Assembly: GCA_050084985.1 (NCBI GenBank)
Contig: JBITNC010000001.1
Coordinates: 58,776,001 to 58,840,000, forward strand
DNA: 64,000 nt
From: Nageia nagi
Lineage: Eukaryota > Plantae > Pinophyta
Direction of reading: 5' to 3'
This document shows, piece by piece, positions 1-11,823 of the stretch (its first letter is position 1; every line of letters begins with the position of its first letter). Under the pieces are notes generated by a model, which saw only the letters and a list, made by a program, of their open reading frames with translations, made no database searches and was not told the DNA's origin. A program made the translations under genes and the position numbers.

Positions 1-859
1 ATACTCATTGTTTAGAGCTTGTGGAACACAACAAGGTGTTAGAAGTGATACTGGGTATCCCTAGAGCGATTCTGGAGAAAAAATAAGATTCAATTTTTGG
101 GATTTTGAGAGGCTAAGTGTGGATTTTCGAGAATTTTGAAGTTCGTTGGAAGTGGGAAACGAGTACATGGGGTGTTGGCAAACAAATCTAGGAGGCTTGG
201 GTCAAGTCTCAAAGAAAAATATTGAGTTTTTGGTGTCCAAATTAATTCATTTTTTTAGCGCATGTATTCATTTTTGATAGGTTTTTTTGGCAGCTTCGAA
301 GCTTGGAAAGATGGGGATGCAAAGGGGGTCATCAAGCTTCGTTTGGGTGAAGTGAATGATGGAGGATGCTCTCCTATGTAAGGTCTACCACTTTGGTATT
401 CACTTCGAACTCCAGATCATTCAAAATTTTGGAGCCTTGAAAAAGTGTTTTTTGTGTTTTTCAGGCTTTTTGACAGGTCTAAAATGGCTGAAAATGGCCA
501 AAAGATGGGGGAGTTCGAAATTTGGAAAATTTTTAAAAAGTAGATTTGACCTTATGGATGGATGGAGGGTGAGATTCTAAGGTTTTTGAAAATTTTTGAA
601 AAGGTTTGAGTTTATTTTGGATCTTGTGAGCAAATTTTGGTTTTTGTGCAAGTTTGTGAGGTTTTGCGAGGATTTTGCTAAAAAATGGATGCATGGAGGC
701 TCAAGGAGAGTGTTGTGGAGCAAATAAGAGGCTTATGGTGGTATTTATAGACTTTTTGCACCTTTTGCATGCTGCTTAGTCCTTAGGGGAATTTTGACCT
801 AAAAAGTGTTTAGAGGTGCATTTTGCATGTTTCTTAAGGTTTTGGGGCATTTAAACACT

Positions 860-2360
860 CCATAGGATTGCAAACCTGTGCCTAGCTTTTGGAGGCACTT
901 TCTTTGGTCAAAATCAAAAAATTCAAAGTTTAAATGTCCTTATTTTCTCCTTCTCCACCCAATCAAGTGTAAAAATTTGAGTTTTGGTGGGTTTTTGAGC
1001 TTTCCCCTCGGATCTAGGCGCCATTTTCCATTTTTTTAGATATTCCAATGGCTTGCAAACCTGCACCTGGATTTTTGGAACATTTCCCATGGTCAAATTT
1101 GAAATTTTCGAAGTTTAAACATGCTTAGAATGCCTTCTTCCATGCAACCATGTGAAAAAAAATGATTTTTTTGCAAAAAATTTGAATTCTTTTCATGTTA
1201 GGTGCTGATTTTCACCTCATTGGATTTCACAAATCTAGCAAACCTGTGCCTAGGAATTTGGGCCACTTCTCTTGCTCAAAATTGAAAAATTGCAAGTTTA
1301 AATGTGCTTATTTTCATGTTTTTCATGCAATTGACCCTTCAAACTTGGATTTTGAGGCAAAATTTCGAATCTTCATGATGTTAGGCGCTAGATTTCACTC
1401 CATTAGATTTCCAATGGCATGAAAAGCTACGCCTACCTTTTGGGTGCTTTAAAATTGTTTAAAATCCAAATTTTGCAAGTTTAAATGTGCTAGAATTGAG
1501 GTTTTTCATCTAATGAACACCTTGGGATCAATTTTTAATTCATTTTGCACTTATCACTCCAAGTTAGGCTCTAGAAATCACTCCTATGGATTTGGAAACT
1601 TTTGGAAAACTGCGCCTAGCATTTGGAGGTACAAAACTTGATTAGATTTGAAATTTACAAGACCTAAATTTATTCAAAATGCCCTTTTTGACCCAATGGA
1701 CCCCTTAAACTTGAGTTTTGATCAAAATTTATCAATTTTCTTGATTCTAGGCACTAGATTTCACTCCATTGGATTTCCATAGCCTAGAAAACCTACGCCT
1801 AGCCTTTAGGGTGCCCAAATGTGCTCAAAATCGAAAATTTTAATACCTAAATGTGTTTACAGTCATGTTTTCCTTGTCCCCAAGCACTTAAACTTGATTT
1901 TTGGTCAAAAAACATTTCATCTTCTCGATCTAGGAGCCATTTTTCATGCCAATGGATTTGGAAAAGTTTGGAAACTTGTGACTAGCACTTTGGGGGTCTT
2001 TACTTGCTCAAAATCGAAAATTTTTAGACTTAATGTGTCTTAGAACCTTCATTTCTATCCACCCATAAATTTACATTTCATTTTCGATGTATTTTCATTT
2101 TTCCTCCACTTTCTAGGCATCAAAATGCACCTCTATGGATTTCCTGTAGGCTTGAAAAATTGTGCCTAGGATTTGAGTGCCTTAGAATTGGTCAAAATCG
2201 AAAATTTCGAGTCCTAATGTGATAGAATTCACCTTATCTCTTCAAATACGCTTTTAGACTCGATTTTCAATACCATTTGCATTTGTCTATGAGAAATATC
2301 CACCCTTTTTCCCTCATTTGGGTCTTCAATACCTTGGAAAAACATGCCTTAGGCTATGGG
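860..2360. repeat. Degenerate tandem repeat, ~183-bp period, ~9 units
   Basis: The motif aaac(c/t)tg(t/c)gcctag and variants recur at ~872, 1057, 1240, 1424, 1607, 1789, 1972, 2157 and 2340, most followed by ...ttg(g/c)tcaaaatc...aagtttaaatg. Confidence 0.75.
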
Positions 2361-2399
2361 TACTCAATATTGCACTTCTGATCCATTACGGAATCGATC

Positions 2400-3000
2400 T
2401 ATGCATTTCTGGCCACTCCTGGTGTTTCCGAGCTCAAACTCGATCAAAACACCCTTTTCTGGCACCTCTGAGCTCAAACTCTGCATTTTTGATGATTTCT
2501 GAGCTCAAATGGTGCAAAAACGACCATTTCCGCCTTTCCGAGCTCAAACTTGTCATTTCCGGTATTTTTGGACTTAAAGTATTCATTTCCGGCATTTTCG
2601 GGGCTTAAGTGAAAAAAAAAGATCACTTCTAGCATTTTCTAGCATTTCCGGCCATTTTGAGCTCAACTCCGCATTTTTGGTCATTTTGGAGCCTTTCGGC
2701 TCAAACTGTGCAAAAACACAGATTTTTACCATACTGATAATTTCCGGATCAATCTTGACCAAAACGTGCTTTTCCATCATACTTGCCATTTTCTAGCTTT
2801 TTGGGCTCATACTTGACAAAAACGTTCAATTTTTTCATCTTAGCTACTTCCACTGCTCTCGGACTCAAACTTGACAAAAACATTCATTTTTGTCATCTTA
2901 GCTACTTCCACTACTCTCGGACTTAGACTTGACAAAAACGTTCATTTTTGTCAACTTGGCACCTATGTGCTCAAACTTTGCAAAAAAGTGCGCCTTTTTC
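2400..3000. repeat. Short degenerate tandem repeats (gagctcaaact motif; ~59-bp unit at 2811-2960)
   Basis: Recurrent gagctcaaact/ggctcaaact. The unit cttgacaaaaac(g/a)ttca...catcttagctacttccact is repeated at ~2812 and ~2870, with a partial copy at ~2928. Confidence 0.65.
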
Positions 3001-5005
3001 ACCCTATTGGCCACTTCCTGAAAAACTCCCTTTCCGATCACTATTGTGAGCCAAAACTGCATCCTACAAGATGTCACTTGAAACCGAGCTTTGAACTGGC
3101 CACTGGATGTGTTGAACTGTCTTCATGACTCTAGGGCATTTTTGTGCATTGCTTGATCACTCGGCCACTTTGAATCTTCGTCTTGGCCCTGGTCTAGCCA
3201 TTCTCAAGGTAATGTCCTTCATTGCCATTGCAAAAATAGGGTCCCCAAAATGCTGCATCTTGGGGTGTGTTGTGTGGGCACAACAGAACTTTGAATATTT
3301 TGCAACTAGATGAGAAGGGCAATTCTTTCTATTTGGTACTCATTTGTTGTAAATGTGGCATGATCCTTGAAATGAAATAGATTGCCCTCGTAGGTGCCAA
3401 AAGGTGAACAGGTCAAGTCAAGCATTACAGAGGCAGAGAAGATGGACAATTCCGAGTGCACTTAAAGAGCATAGAGGTGTGGTGTTGCAATCGTAATAGT
3501 TTAATTTAATTTTATTGCAATCTTATTTAAATTTGGATTTCAAAGACATTTTAAATTTGGTTCAGCTTTTTGATGGATGAGGATTTGCTCCCACAAGTGC
3601 TGGAATAAATTTTGTAATGCCATGTGGCAATTTATTATTGGACCACTTTCTCGAAAAATGTAATTAGGGTTAGGGCAACACTTTGGGTTGCTGAAAAAAT
3701 TATTTATACCCCTTAAGGGCTCAATTTGTGAGGGGGGTTAGACACTTTGACAATTTTGAAAGAACTTTGCATGCTTAATACATAAAACTTCTTTTGAAAA
3801 TTGTTGATGTGGTGTACTTTTATTTAATTATTATATGCCCTCATGTTGTGATGCTGAATGCGAATGAATGATGATAGTGCTATCTAGTTGATTCTATTGC
3901 TATCTTGTGTTGTTTCAATTCACTTGGTGTTTTTCGTAAACCTTGCGTAAGGTGGATGAAAGGGTACATGCAAATCATTTGAAGTGATTTGAGTAGCATA
4001 ACTATTAGCAATATTTTGTCATTTGCAATTTAGGCTTGTATATCTTGGAATGATGTCGCTTACTTTAGGGACTTCACCCCATTCGCCAAAGACTACCTTC
4101 ATCCCATCTTTCACCATCTTTGCCATAGCTTTACGTTCCTTCCACTAGACCATTCGTGTTGTTGGCTAGTGGGACAGATCCGGGGTGTGTGGAATCTACA
4201 TCGAACCCTGATAAGTTGACTTCCAAGGCCTTGTCCAAACTCGTGAGTACGCATGCACATTAGTCTCATCCTTGTACCCATAGTCTCTCTACCATTTTTC
4301 TTTTATTTTTCATTTTTATTGCATGACTTTCTCACCCATTTGTTTTTCTTTAGCAATTGTAGAAACAATCTTGCTTAGTTGTGGATATAAATTCGAGTCC
4401 CTTGATCCACAAATGATATTTGTGTTGGTGGCAGCTTCAAACATCTCAACCGTTTCTTGAGTCTTACTCTCGCAAACTAGTCCCCATGGCGGGAAAGGGT
4501 AACGCCCTTCCAATTGAGGTGTTGGCGTTTTTCTCATGACCTTAAGGTAGGAAAGAAAAACACCCCAACAGGTTATAGTGGAAGTGAGCATGATTTGAAC
4601 CCATGAAAAGGCATCTAAAATTGTAACAAACTGATCGGTTCCCTAGTCTAATAAAAGAAGTAGAAGTTGAAGAGCAGTCAATACTAGTAATTCACTTATC
4701 TACATATGTTCGTAATCACTCAAAATATTGGCTGCTATGGTATCTTCACTGAACTAATAGTGAAAAGTTACAAAAAATCATATTTTCATATTTTGTTTCA
4801 TTCACATCACTCCTCATGACCATTCATTCTTAGTTTTCATCATTATTCTGTATGTTTTGCCAAGCCATTAAGGAAACTCCATTGTGCATTTTGTTAATTG
4901 ACACACTTTTTTTTGCTAGACTTTTTCACCTTTGTTTGCCTATGACAATTCAAACAGAAGGCTTAGGCAATGGTAAGCATATTCATGTTTTCATTCTAAA
5001 TCTTT

Positions 5006-5977
5006 TGAAACAAACCAAATACAAATGTATGTAAATCCACGATAAACAAATAGAATCAAATCTGATTTTATATTTTCATCTTATTTTCAAGAAATACTAG
5101 GTTGCAACTACAGCAGATTGGAGACAATGTATTACACTTATATGGAATCAAAACTCCTACATATCATTGAACACACCTCAACAAAACTGGAAGAACATTT
5201 GTAACACCCTCAAAGTGGTAAATGAGCCTTTACAGGACTAGTAATCTGGCATTGAGGCAGTCACTACTGCAGTTCTGGTACATGCAGCCCCAAACAAACT
5301 CCACAAAATCCCCAACAAACTAATTTATTATCTCAACTCCTGAAACTTCAAACATGCAAACACAAATACAAACCTTGAATAAATCTGTCCTCAAATGGGT
5401 AATAGTCTTCAGATTTCTCCTCCACATCTAATGGGAACCCCTCTGAAAAATCCTTAGCAGAAAACTAAGGTCCTAGAGCATGCTAACTCTTCAAGTTCTC
5501 TACCAAAATCAGCCCCCTCCAAATGAACAACCCTTCCTCTTATATAGTCTTGGAAATCTTAATTTAGGCCTCTCGAAAGTTACAAAAAGTACGCCTCATA
5601 ACAGTTATAATTCCTCTTCTATGGCAGTTACAAAAGCATTAAATAATACCTTGAACTTTGACCTCATAATAGTTACTTTGCCAAAATGGCAGTTACAAAT
5701 ACTAGAGACATTTAATATTGCCTTATCATCTTAACCATCAAGCAAAAAACATGTACTAAGTCAATGACATTAATTAATACCTTTTTTCTTGTTCCAAAAC
5801 TATTCTAAATACATAACCAATTCGCTAAACACTTATACTAACAATAAAACTTCTCAAAACACACTAATAAACCCATATAACTCTTATTATGAAAAAATAT
5901 TCTCAATGATGCCCAAAAACACTTAAAACACAAAAACAACAATATTTACAATTCTGGAATTATTTTGGAACATTACA
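5006..5977 (-). mobile_element. Solo LTR (~970 bp)
   Basis: TG...CA termini (TGaaac at 5006, attaCA at 5977) flanked by an identical 5-bp TSD TCTTT (5001-5005, 5978-5982). TATA-like ctatataag on the minus strand at ~5540 gives the orientation. Confidence 0.75.
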
Positions 5978-6719
5978 TCTTTTCATTCTAAATCTCATAG
6001 CACCAAATGGGAAGTGCATCAAGCTAGTTGAAGCTGGTAGTGTTTTTTATAGAATGGTTGGAATGAGATGTATTCTTTTGGAATGTTGTGATTGCAGCTT
6101 TAGAAAAGCAGAAGCTGGGAGAGGCATCTTTGCAAGTATTCTTCACATGTGTGCAATTTTTGCAGCTTTGAAATTGGATATGAAGATACATGTAGAGTAA
6201 TTCGCAGCAGATTTCTTTCACATGTAATTGTTATAACTATTCTCATAGAGACAACATAAATATGAACTCCAATGATTGCCGGATAGAAAGAAAATGGGTT
6301 TATGAAAGAATAAAGAAAAAATTAAAGAGTTTTGAAAATGGGATACGAACTTACCCAATGTGCTTGTTATTGGAATAGTTTAAAAAAACAAAGGCAAGCA
6401 GATTCATTGAGTTCTAAGTGCATTGCATAAGATGAACTTCTTTGTTGTCATGCTTGGTGAATGTCACAAATTCCATGACCATGAAGAGGGTGCTAAAACA
6501 GAGCAGTGATTCAGTGCTGGTTTACAATTTCCCCAATCTTCTCCTAGCAAATTCAGGAATTCTATTTGAACCTTGCTTTCCTTTACATATCCTAGCAACT
6601 CAAAGATCTTGGTTTTGAGCAGCACAACCAATTCCAAGAGATCCAAAAAAATTACGTTAAGAAGATGGCTAATTTTTGAGAACTTTTTCTAAAGAGATCT
6701 CCCAACCAAACATAGAAAG

Positions 6720-7836
6720 TTGTGTTCTCCCCAGATGCATACCGCCCCTCGGAACCCTCGTATTTGCATTTCGGTCATTTTGGGGATGGGTACAAAATGT
6801 CTTGCTACTGTACTGCCCCTTCATAAAATGCCCTGAAACGTTTCTCCAATTGGGGGTACATCCAGCCATCCCCGAGATGACTAGGGGATGTCTAGGCATG
6901 CCCCTAGCATCTTGAAAACTATCAGGCGTCTCTAAGATGCTTGGGCATCCCAAGGATGTTGGGGGGACACCTAGATGTTCCATAGCCATCTCAAGGATGC
7001 CTAGGCATCCCCCACGTGGTTGGGTGGCTAGTTTTTTGTTTTTCTTTTAAACGCTTATATGATTTTGACAAATGTTGTCTTAAGGTTGGTGTGCTATGCA
7101 AGTCCTGAATCTTTTAAATTTTTAGTAGAAATAATGCTTTTGAAAGTACTTGGTTTTGACATGTTGTACAGGCTAGAAACATTCACAACTACAAAATTGT
7201 AAACATATTGTACAAGCTAAAAAATTAAAACATTCAATGCATGCAGCAAGGTTGTCAATTGACAATTACCAGTTGCAACAGTCTATAACATAAACAAACA
7301 AGTTGTCAATTATAGGAAACTGTTTACAAGTTTACAATTGGTACAAACTTACAAACAAGCATACTGTTACAAGTTTACAACTGTTACAACTTACAAACAA
7401 GCATACTGTTACAGATTTACAAACAAACTAACATAGTCTTACTATTATACTTACAACTACAAGTATACTGTTACAAGTTTACAAGTAAACATACTATTAC
7501 AAGTTTACATTGTTACAAGCTCACAATTGTTACAAGTTTACAAATACTCTCATATATGATACATATCTATCATAATGAATATGATTTAGATTTCTGAATT
7601 TCACATGTTTGATAATTTGAGTATATTTGAATTTTGATTTTTATGATTAAATAAAATTTCATAAGAATATTTAAAATTAATTTTTTTTAATACTTTTTGT
7701 ATATATTTATAATTTTATATATTTTAATATTGTCTTACCCTCATCTTACCCGAAATTGGGACCAAGCTGTACCAATCCCAGGGACATATCGCACCATACC
7801 TTGTCATCCCCATCTCGAAAACTTTGTGGAACATAG
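6720..7836. mobile_element. Non-autonomous hAT-superfamily DNA transposon (~1.1 kb)
   Basis: Perfect 8-bp TSD ATAGAAAG (6712-6719, 7837-7844). Short imperfect TIRs (ttgtgttc versus reverse-complemented 3' end ctatgttc). GC-rich subterminal repeats; no transposase ORF. Confidence 0.75.
7260..7545. repeat. Low-complexity minisatellite (ttacaagtttacaa-type units) inside the hAT element
   Basis: Repeated ctgttacaagtttacaa and acaaacaagcatactgttaca units. Confidence 0.7.
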
Positions 7837-7994
7837 ATAGAAAGGAAGGCAGCTTCATTGTTACCTGCTTGAATACCATATTGGAATGAATAAAGATTAG
7901 ATAAGTTCATGATATGAGAGATTACATTTATAGGGTTCATTATAGGTTATCTCTTTTATTTTATTATGTAAATCATAGTAGAGAAACTTTGATT

Positions 7995-8705
7995 CGGCAA
8001 GGTTCAATCAGGATTTGTACTCGGCAAAAAAAATCAAAATACTCGGCAAAAATTCACCAAGAAGACAACCAAAGAAAATGCATTGGAAGAAAGTTTTTTT
8101 CTGAAACTCAGGAAAACTTGGGCTTGGCAAAACTTGCGAGTAAAGAAAAAAACTTGGTAAGCCCTGAAAAACTCACCGAGTCGAGCTTGAAAGATTCAGC
8201 AAGGCTGACTCAGAACCAAACTTAACAAGTTTTTTAACAAACTCGCTAATATGAGCTGGCAGTCTGGTAATATCTGCTTTTCGAGAATGAATTTGTTTTC
8301 TCATTACTAGGAATGCTGGTAATCGGTGATGAAATTGCTGTCACCCTTATTCCTAACTACTGTATGTCTCACCGTGGAAATCCTAATATTTTTGGTTTTC
8401 ATAAAATAATTTTATAATGAATAGAACTTGGCAATTCCTGGAAAAACTGTGTCAAGCCTGAGCTAGTTGGCAAGGCTGACTTGGACCCAGACTCAACGAG
8501 TTTTTCAAATACTCACCAATCATCGCTACTACGGGCTCCCACACTGTAAATATCTGCTTGTCTAGAATGAATTTTTTTTTTCTCATTACTAGGCATCCTT
8601 CTAATAGGTGATAAAATTTTTTTCACACTTATTCCTAACTACTGTATGTTTCAGCATGGAAATCCTAATGTTTTGTGATTTTTGTAACATGATTTTATAA
8701 TAAAT
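7995..8705. repeat. MITE-like fragment (actcggc subterminal motifs) plus a ~271-bp diverged direct duplication (8200-8420 / 8471-8705)
   Basis: caaggctgact...tatctgctt...gaatgaattt...tctcattactagg...ttattcctaactactgtatgt...ggaaatcctaat occurs twice, ~271 bp apart. Confidence 0.65.
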
Positions 8706-11176
8706 ATTTTCCTTTCATTTTTTGCAATATTTCCTTTTATCTTCTAAGATCTAATATCTCCTTCAAATGTGTAGGTAACTTTGCATGTTTTGATTGTATT
8801 CCATCACTACATATTTTTGCCTTATCTTTGTGAGTTTGCTGACATATTATATTAAATGTTATCACAATGTCTGATAGTATGTTCACAGAAGTATGCCAAT
8901 GTTTTGGCATTTGGCTTCATTTATCACACATTTTTACCAGTGAGAGGGCTTTGTGTCCATTTATAATGATGCCATGGTACCATCTGATTTCTATTAACAT
9001 TATGAGGATGGAATTAGGCAGGTCTATACATCCAGAGTATTTTCTCTAACCCTGGGAAGGAATTCTGTTCTGAGTGCTGTATGTAAGACTTTATTTTGGT
9101 TTTGATATGAACTCCTGAGATTTTCCTTTTTACTAAAAAAATATCTTTGTTCTTAATTCTTCGTCCTTCATATATGTATTTTCCTACAGTCCCATCAACC
9201 ATTTTTTTGATCACCTGTGGACATTAATATCAAATTTGAAATATGTTTGTTTTCCTCTTCTTGTTTGGTGATGCATTCTTAAGAATAATTTTGAATTCAG
9301 TTTAATACCACTGATTGTTTTAATTGTGACAGTCATGGCATTTTATGGAATGTTCATGATGTAGATGCTGCATGATCTAAGCTTAATCTTGGATTCACCT
9401 TGCAACAATTGTTGTTGGTCATGAACTAATTTCCAAAGACACCAGACTCCAGACCTTAATGTCACTGTATCTTGGTTAGACCAAGAGGTGTATACAATTT
9501 TAATTTACTATAATGTTTTTGCATGAAGTATGGAGACTAGGCTGGTTGCTTTTTCTAAACTTAATCAAGTGATAGATATTTGTTTGGATGCACGACCGTT
9601 GGAGGGAGTATCTTTGCATCCATGGATACTGAAGGTTGACTAAAACTTGAATAACTCTGTTTTTCATGTTCTTTACATCATTGGAAAGATATTTTTATGT
9701 AAAATTTAACTATATTTGTCTTTTTGGTATTGTATAATGACAGAGGGTCGATATTGATCTTATAAAATTGGGTATTGATAATCTCTACTTAAAGAAGGTT
9801 ACACTTTATTTTCTTCATTCAGTAATTTTGAAGATGGGTCCCATAGATTGAACTCAAAACGTCTTCAAATTCTTATGCAAGTCAATCTCAAACCACTAAA
9901 GAGATTGAATTAACTTGCCATGCAAATCAAAATTCATGCAAAAATTGAATTCAACTATAAAACAAGATTGATGTTCTATGACTGCACTTATGGTGCAGCT
10001 GATAGCATACTGCTAGGGTAGTCATCTGCTTATCTACCTCTCCTGCTCTTACTTTTATTATCTCTCAACTATTGCAGAGATGTTATAATAGGCAGTTAGT
10101 GGAAAAATGGCATTCCACTTGTTTTATTTGAACCAAAGCCTGTACTGGTAGGGCACGTTCTTTTGGGACATGATATTGGCACTATGGAAGCGGGAATAGA
10201 CATCGGTTCTGGCCCTCAAAGCCTACCGAAACGGCATGACACAAAACCTTAATAAGGTGTGCTGGAGCCACCTACCTTAACTGGAGGGGTGGAGTTTCTA
10301 CGTCCGCCAAGGGGGCTTCACTGGGAGAATTCTCTGGAGTATGAGTTAACGCCTGTCAGTACCCAGCAGTGCTAGAGAAGGAAATTGATGATTTTGTGAG
10401 ATTTCCCAATCTAGCCGTCGTGCAAGCCTTGGCTTGTAAGCGAATGGTCAAGTGAGAGGTGGCTATTGGACTGCCTACGTAAGTTCTCCTGAGGCTTCTG
10501 GCATACCCCTCAGCCCTGAATTCCTCCTCAGTGCCAGATAAGGAAAATTGAGGAAAAAAAATGACTCAACTGGGTTTTGTTTGAGGTGAACCTAATCTTT
10601 TGTTCTAAATAAGAATTCCTTTATTTTAATTTCTTAATGTGTGAGTAAATTACTGCAAGACCTCATAATAAGCTTATCAAACTTTTCTAATTTTTAGACC
10701 CATTCAAACATAATTATTTTCCCAGTATGTTCAGAACTTTGCCAGTAAATTTTGAACGACTTTGAATTGGCTATATCTCAAATTTTGCTTGTACCATACT
10801 TGAATTTCTAAAATGTAATCTTATTTTTGTTTATACAGGTTTGTCTTTGTATGTTTTAGTATAGCTCAACTTTCACATGTAAAAGTTCTCGCTGTCCTCT
10901 TCACTATCACACTTCAAATATATATTTATTTGTTGTGAAAGTTTAGCGATTCTAACATTCTTGTTGCATTCGAGTTCATGGTATTATTGACTACTTTCCC
11001 ATTTTAGCTTTGCATAAATCCTTGTGTTTTCTGTTATAGTTGATATTCTTTGTCTGGTTATGGTTTGTCACAGAAGTGTGGTCTCTCACAGGGTCATTGA
11101 AGACGAATATAGGTTTCTTGAAAACATGTGTTTAATTGCCAAGGGAAAATTGATGCTTTATATGTTTTCACTGCAG

Positions 11177-11427
11177 TGGCAAAAAAGACATCCATGTTTG
11201 ATGACCCAGCAGTAGAGATTCAAGAGCTTACAGCAGTCATTAAGCAGGATATCACTGTCTTAAGCTCTGCTATTACAGAGCTGCAAGTCTTTTGTGATTC
11301 TCAAAATACAAGTAGCAACAACTCAAAACAAATTACAGAGCATTCTACTACAGTTGTAGATAACTTAAAGAACCGACTGATGTATACTACTAAAGAGTTC
11401 AAGGATGTACTGACGATACGTACTGAG
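11177..11427 (+). CDS. SYP32: Syntaxin-5/SYP3-type Qa-SNARE, internal coding exon (Habc region)
   Basis: ctgcAG acceptor at 11175-76 and GTaaga donor at 11428. Translation AKKTSMFDDPAVEIQELTAVIKQDI...HSTTVVDNLKNRLMYTTKEFKDVLTIRTE matches plant SYP31/32. Confidence 0.93.
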
Positions 11428-11569
11428 GTAAGACATAATTATCAACTATTTTAAATTACGTTGATGTAGGTACTGGGACAATCATAACGTTGATAAGCCC
11501 TTCCATTTAGGAACATCAGGAGTTTGGATCTGCATGTCTGAAACTTTAAGTATTTGATGACACTTGTAG

Positions 11570-11738
11570 AATTGAAGGTGCATGAGAACAGAAGACAGCT
11601 ATTTACAGGCAGTGCTTCTAAGGATGCTAGAAATTCTTCTTTACGACAACGATCTCTGGGTGTGAGTTCTGGTAGCTCCAGCGTTGTCCCTTCATGGGCA
11701 AATGGATCAACATCTTCCTCACAGTTTCTCAACCGAAG
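11570..11738 (+). CDS. SYP32: Syntaxin SYP32-like, next coding exon (start ambiguous: 11551, 11570 or 11578; see findings)
   Basis: LKVHENRRQLF...VPSWANGSTSSSQFLNR is the conserved SYP3 segment. Phase-2 donor GTaatc at 11739. Confidence 0.88.
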
Positions 11739-11744
11739 GTAATC

Positions 11745-11745
11745 T

Positions 11746-11821
<76 letters not shown>
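11745..11821. repeat. (TACA)n-(TA)~30 microsatellite
   Basis: Directly visible, starting a few nt after the exon donor site. Confidence 0.97.

Positions 11822-11823
<2 letters not shown>

Larger units (their letters stand above)
1..4570 (+). mobile_element. 3' portion (non-coding internal region with tandem repeats plus probable LTR) of a large Ty3/gypsy-like LTR retrotransposon, lying in the syntaxin intron
   Basis: No protein-like ORFs. Degenerate tandem arrays at 860-3000 resemble Tat/Ogre 3' UTRs. An LTR-like block from ~3270 has a TATA-like tatttata (~3700) and ends in ...caccccaaCA at 4570. The 5' end is outside the window, so no TSD can be tested. Confidence 0.45.

Noticed and set aside
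356-3313. Short ORFs (60-100 aa) in the ORF track, here and throughout the repeats and antisense to real genes
   Set aside because: Low-complexity F/L/K-rich translations of repeats or shadows of opposite-strand exons; no recognisable domains.
3664-3676. ttagggttaggg telomere-like motif (similar short motifs at ~14797 and ~16411)
   Set aside because: At most two units; common by chance and in LTRs; no array.
4578-4605. tRNA-like/PBS-like gatttgaaccc after the putative LTR
   Set aside because: Spacing does not fit a tRNA 3' end and no cloverleaf can be formed.
7914-8225. ORF containing LAKLA as the missing first syntaxin exon
   Set aside because: It lies in a MITE-like repeat and has no RDRT/SEF motifs; the match is coincidental.
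10495-10540. Hammerhead ribozyme on the minus strand (ctggca-CTGAGGA...GTA-tgccag)
   Set aside because: Stem I, CUGANGA and a GUA triplet are present, but the essential GAAA box and stems II/III are missing.
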